NCBI GenBank assembly: GCA_043228905.1
Contig: JBHGNT010000636.1
Span: forward strand, 1 to 18,695
Direction: 5' to 3'
DNA length: 18,695 nt
DNA from: Azolla caroliniana
Taxonomy: Eukaryota > Plantae > Polypodiophyta
The translations under genes were made by a program, and so were the position numbers. The notes beneath the pieces are model-generated. The model did no database searches and was not told where the DNA came from. It saw only the letters and a list, made by a program, of their open reading frames with translations. Below are positions 10,618-18,695 of this stretch, one piece after another (the stretch's first letter is position 1; each line of letters starts with the position of its first letter).

Positions 10618-11200
10618 TCCCTTTCCTTTGACAATGAGTTCCATGATTTGTAATGCAAGAACTAGGACTTAATTTACAAGGATATCAAAGATGAAATTGA
10701 ACTACAACTTTTGTAGCATTAGCGAGATTCTCAACAAGCTCCCAAGTTTGACCATTAGGTATATATTAAGTATGTATGTTGTGCATAACTTTGGAATCCA
10801 AAATGGTTTTCAATTCATATTCTAGACCATCAACAAGCTCAACATGAATGGAACTTGAAGCATAAGGTTCTAAAGGTGATGCATGAAACATTGGATGAAG
10901 ATGCAAATGAAGAGGGAGATTGAGACAAAACACAACCTCATTGATTTGGTTAGTGATAATGGATGGGCCAATTTTCATAATCCAACTTGTTCTAAAGTCA
11001 AGTGGTCTTTATGTTACTTCTTAAGAGCAATTATTTTCAAACAATGGAAAAGAGCAATGTGAACCTCATGTATTTGAAGTAGACCATTTTTAGCAATTGG
11101 ATTTTTGGACATTTCTAAATGTTCAAGCATCGTCCAATGGGGATGACATACTGGGTCACATGGAAAGGTCTACAATGACTCTCACCATTTAATTAAACAA
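10339..11200 (-). mobile_element. Degenerate 3' end of a chromodomain-bearing Ty3/gypsy element (chromovirus): integrase C-terminus, chromodomain, PPT and probable 3' LTR
   Basis: The minus strand reads HPHWTMLEHLEMSKNP, then LRSNIKTT..NKLDY, GPSIITNQINEVVFCLNLP.HLHPMFHASPLEPY (the GPF/Y and HPVFHVSLL module), EYELKTILDSKV, and TWELVENLANATKVVVQFH..YP (chromodomain). Purine tract AAAGGAAAGGGA (10618-10629) is followed by TG, and the segment ends in TGACA at 10339. Confidence 0.85.
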
Positions 11201-14200
11201 AGGTTAACTACAAATTCTAGACGAACTAACTTGACATGAGATTAGGGCTCATTGTGAATGAGAAGAGATGCGAAGAGATGCAAAACACAAGAACTGGGTG
11301 ACATAATGTAAAATAAGGCATCAAAGAATGCCAAAGTTAGAAATAGTTAAAATGTCAACGAAGTATAAAAACAACTTTATTAACATTTATATAAGCAAGA
11401 GTTTCGTAAATGTCATTATGCATTGACCTCTCTTATTAGCCTACCCTAATATCCATAAGACAATCTAATTTTTGTAATTTCTTGAAGAGCACGAGGATGT
11501 GTGTATGATAGTGGTTGAGGAACACAAAGGCTTGCTTCGTAATATTCTTTTTTGTGATTTCTTAATGTTCTTTGTATGTTTGATTTAAGAATGATTAAAC
11601 AGTAAAGTTAATTCTAGTAGGATATTATCATATTAACTTTTTTTTTTGTTTAATATTGAGGTTATGAGTCTTTAAGAGAGTTCTCTAATGAAAGTTGGTA
11701 TGCTCAAAGGTGGATTGACACCCAAACTTTGCCTGCACAAAGGAAAGTACTAGTTAGTCATGAGAACATGTGACAATCAATAAGCCTACGCCCTTAAGAT
11801 CGTGTTAAATGATCTTAAGTAGAGCACTAAGAGTTATTGGTAAGAGGTGTGAGCATGACCTTCAGGTAGAATGCAACTCAAGAGACCTTTACATCCCTCT
11901 TCAATGCATTGTACTTAAGTATAGCTTTTGGGTTGTTTAACTAGAATTTTCTTGTACTTTTTGTTCTTACAAGAGCAGAGAATTGAAGGATAGGTAACAC
12001 TTGGCAAGTCAATATACCCAAGTAGTGTCCAAAGCGTTATCGGCAATAGTGACAAGCCTTGATGTAGAACACCGCTTAGGGAAATCTTACTTCCTCTTCC
12101 TTCCAAGATGGTAAACAACATATGCTAGCTTTTGGCGAGAATAACTTCATTTGTTTTTGTAGCTATTGTGCTTGCAAAACTTGAGATCGAAGGTTACTCA
12201 AAGTGGTAGACTGACATACATGGTTTAAAACTCACGCATTGACCCAAGGAGAGCCAAAAATGGTACTTATGACTGTCCTACTTGGAAAATGGTTAATTTT
12301 GGTTCCACATGTCATATTTGATCTTTGACAATAATAAAATCTATTTCTCACTTCCCAAGTTAGGGTTGAAATGAGCCTCCGTGTAAGTAGAATTTGTAAG
12401 TTATTAGGAAAAAACAAAATTGGGCCAATAAATGTAGATTTTATTTGTCTTCTGAAAATTAAAATTGTTTCCAAGTCTCATGACAATTAAAATGAATTTT
12501 GGGTTTTATAATATATGTTTTTTACCAAAACAAGATTGAACACATGCAAGCAAATAAACATCAGAAAATTTAATATGTCTCTCATCTAGATCTCATAGGT
12601 CAATTCTCACAACAAATTTGGTTGTTTTCAATTAAGCATTGACATTAGAACTATATAAGTTAGTTGTGAGTTATAATTGTTTGTTTCATGTGCAAAGGAG
12701 GTTTGAGATTTAGTTAGACAAAGAATAACTATCTGTTACACTATTTATATCATCATTCATGAGATTTAGTTATCTCAATATTCTTTGTTTCAAAAGAATA
12801 AGTTGGAAATTGTTCATCTTGATGTACTTCAACATAACATATATTCCTTGGATATGCCAAATACCATTGATACTTCAAAACTTTTAACCTCATCATACTA
12901 TTGATGCTTGAAACCTAGATTCTTGATGTAACATTGTTTTTGAATAAATATTAACATTGAGCTTGAAATCCATTCACAACGGCTCCATATACACACACTA
13001 TATATTTCAAGTCACAGATGAATTTGGCTCAATCCATCCACAAAGAAGAAAATTTGCATCACATTGTGTTATCCACGTAATGGTTTCTTTATGTTGGGTG
13101 TATCTTAAACATTAAATGTTTGAATATTAACCAAACGAATAGAAACTTAGGTTGCTAAGTAATCAAACTTGTCCAAACAATTGGGGTTATATCACTTGGA
13201 AAAAGAGATGCAAGTAAAGACAAGGTAATAACAAAGATAATCTAGACTTGAACTACCGTATAAACTCTACCAACACACGTCTCAATCTAAGTTATTACAC
13301 TTCAAAGGTACACCTTGGATGAATGACTTTTAAAGATCTTAATTATTACCTTGAAGAAACTCTGAAATTTACCATCATGTAAATAGATCATCTACTTTAC
13401 CAATGTATTGTTTGAATGTCGACATTTCTAAATTTTGAATGTCAGCATTATATTAAAAAATAACGAATCTCTTGTGAGAGTAAACATGAGTGCTAGATTC
13501 ACGAGGGTAAAATCTATCTATGAATATTTTGGAGGAACTATCCATGAGTGAAAACATGAGCATAATGTTTACTTAAGTCTCAAGACTCCCCAACCATAAA
13601 TATGGTGGGATGACAATGTTCAAACCAATGACTCAATCATCAATCAACGTATCATTTGTTGGAAATCCTCTCCTCTATATTGAAGTTAAACATGTTATCG
13701 TTTAAATTTTATGCCTTGCAATGTATAAGCACTTGTCATAGTTCCAATGCAAAAAGGTGTATGCACTTTTTGTGGAATTGAGACATTTTGGCACAAAGTA
13801 GACGAAAATGACAATCCGATATGAGCAACAAAAAAGGATATCCAAAAAGCACTCCTACGTCACTAAACCATTTGAGAGAAAACATTGAACCCGAAGTTTT
13901 TAGGTGAAAGTCATAATGGGTTCCCACACTCATTTCCAAATGGCATCAATCTCGTGAGTGCATTTTTGAGGGCATGCCGTTGGTGAAATAAATTCTTAGG
14001 GATCATCTGGTGGTGCACTTATTCATGGATTTTTACAAGAGTAGAGTTGAGTAGCTGATTTCCTATGGCATCAACAAAAAGATGACATGCAATGAACCTC
14101 CACAAGAAAAAATAGAAAAAATTATACATGGGTGTGGAAGAGCATGTACATAAGGGGGAATTCAATCAAAGGTTTGAAATCATAACCCTTTGATTAAGGG

Positions 14201-17105
14201 TCAAAGAGTGAACACTATGACAACTAAGGCATTCAAGTTTTCATTTGTTAAAAAGGCCTAGAAACGTTGACATCACAATATTAAACTCTATGTAAGTGGA
14301 TAAGTCCAAAATTTTAATATATGGAGAAATACTATTTTGATGTCCAACGATCTTTTATCTGTTACTCCACTTGCCTCCTCTCGAGTCTTCTATTGTGCAA
14401 TTGTTGATGATATGTGTGCTCTCCTCTCTAGTCCAACGAAATGCATGAAGTTCATTTACTAGTTCTTTATGGTTGCTAAAAGAGTTGTCATTAAATTTAT
14501 TTAATTACCGAGTAGAATTAGTCACAATACAAATTACAAGTGCATCAATAATGCAATGATATAGTACAGTGAATCTCTTCATAAAATGCAATCAATATCA
14601 TTTTGCAAGTAGCATGCTTTGCTCTTGCTTAAATAAGCCTTCAAAAGTTGAGATTTTAGAGGATAAATGTCCTTTCATCACCTATACTACTAACATTTAC
14701 CCTTTCATATCCTACCTTGTGATGTTTGATAAGTAGCTATTCTATATAGTGTCCATTAGCTCTCACTTCATACGATGTACATAATTTATCCACTCTAGAG
14801 TGGATCTAGTAATCCTATGTGTAACAACTACACCATGTACTCAAACTTGAATGGTGAAGTTGTCATAAGCATTCTAGGTAATCCAACAATTAGAATGTGT
14901 ATTTTAGAATCTGAAATAGATGGGTCAGTTGAGTTTTCTTTAAAGTCATGAGTTAAATTGATGGATACACGTTCATAGTTAATCGTTCTTTATGACGGAG
15001 TTCCTATGGGAAGTACTTGAGCCATTGCATAGAAGCCTTGTTGCCTGTTCGATCAATTTACAAAATAAATTATCAACAACCAACACTTCATTGTCTCCGT
15101 AAGTTAGTTTGCAAGTCTATGTAAATTTAAAGTTTATATGTAGGTTTTCACACCTACCCTTATTTGGTTAGTGTGGTAATTGCCGACACGATTTGTCTTC
15201 ATAACACAATCGTAAGCGGTTTGTTTTGACATTGTCTAAGCTCAAGAGATACATTTACTTTTTAATATTTGAGTTTGAGTTTAACTTTGTCTCGCGCCTC
15301 ACTCTTCCCAGTTTTATATTGTTGTTGCCCACAAATAGTGACTCGTAAAACTAAAATATGGAAATCGGTAAGTAGTATATTTGGAAGGCCAGGTGTAAAT
15401 GCGTGATATGGATGCACATGATCATAACCCATAATGGATTTTAAGATTAAAAAAATGGAACGCATGGGTTAGGATAAAGAATCCTTTTGGCCTACCTTAC
15501 CAAGACCTTTTGACAGCCTTATATGCAACACAACAAATATTAACACAACACATATGAGAGTGAATTGTCCCTATACACAACAATGACAAATCAGAAACAT
15601 TCTCAAGGTTAGTTTGATCATCATTTCTTCATAAAGGATGCATAGAATCATGACATTGGCGTGTCTAAATGGGCAGCTCTATGTGCATACGTGGAAGTAT
15701 AGGGGTATATGTATGGTCAACAATGTTGTAGTTATGTGTAGGTACCCTCAAGCATAGAACATGCTATATATTAGATGATTGGGAGATTAATTCATGTCAT
15801 GTTGATAGTCAAGGTTGTTCAATGATTCACAACGACATGGACAACATAGATGCACAAATCATACATGCCGAGAGGGTGTGCTTCGGCTAGCAGTCACCTA
15901 TTGTGTAGGGATCAGTTGGTAGCATGGTGAAGTTGATGGTTTCTCAAATGTGACACATAAATATTGGTATGTTAAAGTTTTTCTTCTACAAGACAACAAA
16001 CAAAACATTATGACTAATAGAACTCAAGTTCAATCTCACCTATTTATTATTTTCAACTCTAGGGTCTAGAGGCTTGCAAGCAACTTGTATGCTTGAAAGT
16101 TCTGAACACCTTTTTGCACGGTTTCTCGAAAGCGGTTTTCTATTGTTTAGTATCCTAATTTTAAAGGGCTTTCTATAAAACCTAAAATCAAGGACCATTT
16201 GAACATGAGGGCAAAGTTCAAATATACCTCTCTCACTAGGGCCAATAGTAAAAGCAACCCGCATAGTACAAGAAATATCATTACATAATGTTGTGATGGA
16301 GTTGTCAAAACAAATGTCAACCAATAGCAAAGCTAACCAATGTTAATCGAGTACAATCCCGATCATTAAAAAAATGATATTAGTGGCATCATTATCGGTA
16401 ATGGCTACTCAACTACTGTTTATTAGCTTTACTATTTGTTAGCATTCATTTTCATAAAAAGATTTGTTAGATACTTTAAGAAGACAAACTACTTTACTTT
16501 TTTTTATCAAGAATATGTATTGAGTTTAGTCGAATTATGAGGGGGCCTTATTGGTATTGCCCGCATCCAATGATAGAAGAACATATATCCAAATTTTCTG
16601 AAATTTACAAACCCTGTGAAGAAATTTGCTTATAAAGAGCATGTGGGAGGCATTGCCCCGAATGTTATTGGAATAGGGTGAATGCACCACACCACACGGT
16701 GCGTTGGAGGCGATGTGTCTGTTTCCTCTCGAAAGCATCGCCACTTTTCACGTCGACACTTTTTCAGTGTGCTCTTTTGTTTTTTTACACATCTCACATT
16801 GTTAAAGTTGCTGATTTTGTTTCTAGGCATATCGTATAGGATAAAGTTGGATGTGGCGTATTGAAACCGCTCTTTGGAGTTTATGGAGGGAGGAGAAACA
16901 ATCTTTATGTAAGGGGGTAAGTGTTGTTGGAGGGTTACTGGCCCCGACGAGGAGAGAGGGGCAGGCGAGGAGGTGGCGAGGAGGCATGAGAAGAAGATAT
17001 ATTTACGTGTCGAGGGAGGGAGAGAAAGGCACCGTGTGGACATGACAACTACCATGAATACGTACGGGGTTTCACACTCCCATGAAATAACTGAGTGAGT
17101 GCCAT

Positions 17106-17125
17106 GAGAGAGAGAGAGAGAGAGA
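17106..17125. repeat. (GA)10 microsatellite / GAGA element
   Basis: Read directly. GA repeats are known BPC/BBR binding sites in plant promoters. Confidence 0.9.
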
Positions 17126-17170
17126 AGTTGGTTTCCAATCCCTAACACAATTATTCATGTGAACTTGGCC

Positions 17171-17660
17171 AAACCCTAAACTCCCTTTTTTTTCCCCCTT
17201 TTTTATTTCTATTTTATTCTCTTTGTTTTGTTTTTCTTAAATAAGAAAAGAAAATCAAAGTCAAGCAAGCCAAGCCAAAAGCATGAAGAAGAGGAGCAAA
17301 AATAATTTACGTAAAATAATGAATGCAAAAAAGGCACTAAAAATAGAAACGAAAAGTTGAATAATAAATAAAAACTAACAATAGGAAATGTTATTTATTT
17401 ATTTATTTAAATTTTTAATTTTTTTAAAAGTCCGACACTTTTTATGGGCCCCACAAAAAAGTGACTTGTCTCCGAGAAAGTAATTAAAAAAAACAAAAAA
17501 AACGAAATAATAAATAATAATAAAAGGTGGAAAAATTCAAAAAAAACAAAAAGAAAAGGAAGGAACCGACCAATGGGAGAAAGGATGAAATGGATAGGGT
17601 GTCGGGATCGGCCAATCATCCAGCGCCACGTGGAAAAACCCCTTCAGATTTTCAGATAAG
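17171..17660 (+). promoter_or_regulatory. Upstream regulatory region of the COL/BBX gene: telo-box AAACCCTAA (17171-17179), site II/TCP TGGGCCCCAC (17445-17454), DRE core ACCGAC (17565-17570), CCAAT (17570-17574 and 17612-17616), G-box CCACGTGG (17626-17633), I-box GATAAG (17655-17660)
   Basis: Motifs are read directly and clustered between A/T-rich tracts just upstream of a pyrimidine-rich, leader-like region. Function is inferred. Confidence 0.6.
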
Positions 17661-17756
17661 GATACCCTCCCCCCAAAAAAAATAAAAAACCAAAATAAAT
17701 AATTTAAATAGATTAAATAAATAAAAAAAAGAAAATAAATAAACTCTGTTTCTGCG

Positions 17757-17803
17757 TCTTCTTCTTCTTCTTCTTCTTTCTTCTTTCTTTCTTCTTTCTT
17801 CTC
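17757..17803 (+). repeat. (CTT)n/(CTTT)n pyrimidine tract (Y-patch or 5'UTR type)
   Basis: Read directly; such tracts are typical near plant transcription starts. Further telo-boxes follow at 17921-17929 and 18206-18214. Confidence 0.8.
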
Positions 17804-18417
17804 AATTTCTGCTTCTCCATTTTTGATTTTCCCCTGCGTCGCGATTTCTCTGTTGCTCTGTGTCTCTTCTTCCCTCAATCTGCCGTCTGTTTCGTCTGAG
17901 AGATCCAAAGGGGGGAAACAAAACCCTAAACCCTCCTTTTCTTATCAATGAAGAAATGAGCATTGATTGATCCATCTAATGCCATGGCCTCTTTAATTTG
18001 ATCACACTTTCTTCTTCCTCTTCCAATTCCGTTCAAATTTTTCTCATTTGCATAGATCACATGGTTTTCCTGTTGTTCTCTTCTTCCCTCAGCTAAAGGA
18101 AAAGCAAATTCACATTTCCGAGCTTAAATCTGTCGAAAAAATCATCAATTTGTCGAAAAAACACATTCAAACTACCCCCCTCAAAAAAAGAAGAAGAAAA
18201 AACAAAAACCCTAAATTTGGATCCCTGTCAACCCTTGCTTGTCCACTAAACAATTGAATTTTAAAAGAGCAATTCTGATGCCTAACAAATATACATCACC
18301 ACAATCACAACTACAGTTACAGTTACAGCAATTGTGAGAACAAGAAGTGTATAAATCTGTCCGTAAAATCTTTCAGCTCGGGAATCAGGCCATTCAACCA
18401 GCAAACAACAAACAGCC

Positions 18418-18695
18418 ATGGTGCCATCCAAACATGGCATGGGGATCGGTGGAAGAGGAGCGAGAGCATGCGACATGTGCGGGGAGGAGCGTGCGAGATG
18501 GTACTGTGCTGCTGATGAAGCATATCTATGTCAGCGATGTGACATATCCGTACACTCGGCGAACTCTGTCGCGAGAAGACACGACAGGGTGAAGCTCGGG
18601 TCTAACGGAGAGCCCACATTGAAGCTCAAGCCATGCCGTGGTCGACAGAAGCATGTTCATCGGAAGACTAGCAAGAAGAGTACAGTACCAACAAC
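18418..18695 (+). CDS. COL16: B-box zinc finger protein, CONSTANS-LIKE (COL16/COL6-type, single B-box), 3'-partial
   Basis: ATG in good context (cagccATGG), with the frame open to the window end: MVPSKHGMGIGGRGARACDMCGEERARWYCAADEAYLCQRCDISVHSANSVARRHDRVKLGSNG... It has canonical B-box1 spacing C-X2-C-X8-C-X2-D-X4-C-X2-C-X4-H-X8-H (18469-18582). 'ARACDxCxxxRARWYCAADxAxLC' is characteristic of the COL6/7/16 group. No second B-box follows, and the CCT domain is not visible in the window. Confidence 0.92.
   Translation, partial: MVPSKHGMGIGGRGARACDMCGEERARWYCAADEAYLCQRCDISVHSANSVARRHDRVKLGSNGEPTLKLKPCRGRQKHVHRKTSKKSTVPT

Noticed and set aside
12500-13700. Possible very old copia RT/RNase H remnant on the minus strand
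   Set aside because: Only a faint 'YGA.V.WIS' similarity; too decayed to support by eye.
16630-17148. 172-aa minus-strand ORF
   Set aside because: Non-ATG start, low complexity derived from CT-rich DNA, and no domain.
17407-17908. Minus-strand ORFs rich in E/K and F/I
   Set aside because: They are translations of poly-A and CTT tracts in the promoter and leader.
18282-18592. ORFs 18282..18476, 18323..18523 and 18347..18592
   Set aside because: Shadow frames overlapping the true B-box CDS that starts at 18418.
1-18695. CRISPR arrays, operons or prokaryotic defence systems
   Set aside because: The sequence is eukaryotic (spliceosomal introns, plant genes, retrotransposon relics), and no repeat-spacer arrays are seen.

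Overview
AT-rich land-plant genomic DNA. A fern or other seed-free vascular plant is plausible, judged from the repeat types and the GAUT sequence, but this is inference. Two host genes lie on the + strand. (1) The 3' part of a GT8 galacturonosyltransferase of the GAUT12/13/14 clade has five visible GT-AG-spliced coding exons (640-683, 789-944, 1035-1622, 6221-6523, 7304-7588; about 457 aa), and its first coding exon(s) probably lie left of the window. (2) The 5' end of a CONSTANS-LIKE/BBX B-box gene (COL16/COL6-like) starts at ATG 18418 and runs off the window; it is missing from the supplied ORF track. The 4.6-kb GAUT intron carries a decayed antisense LINE (about 3290-4895). The intergenic region holds a (CA)37 microsatellite, a decayed Ty1/copia gag-protease fragment, a decayed chromodomain-bearing Ty3/gypsy 3' end with PPT and LTR, and other unidentifiable decayed DNA. 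The COL upstream region is motif-dense (TCP/site II, DRE core, CCAAT, G-box, I-box, telo-boxes). It includes an exact CCAAT-N9-CCACG (ERSE-type) composite element and a leader region with six upstream AUGs. I found no convincing evidence of a wholly new biological system; the best leads are regulatory (COL promoter and leader) and evolutionary (mosaic GAUT12 versus GAUT13/14 character).
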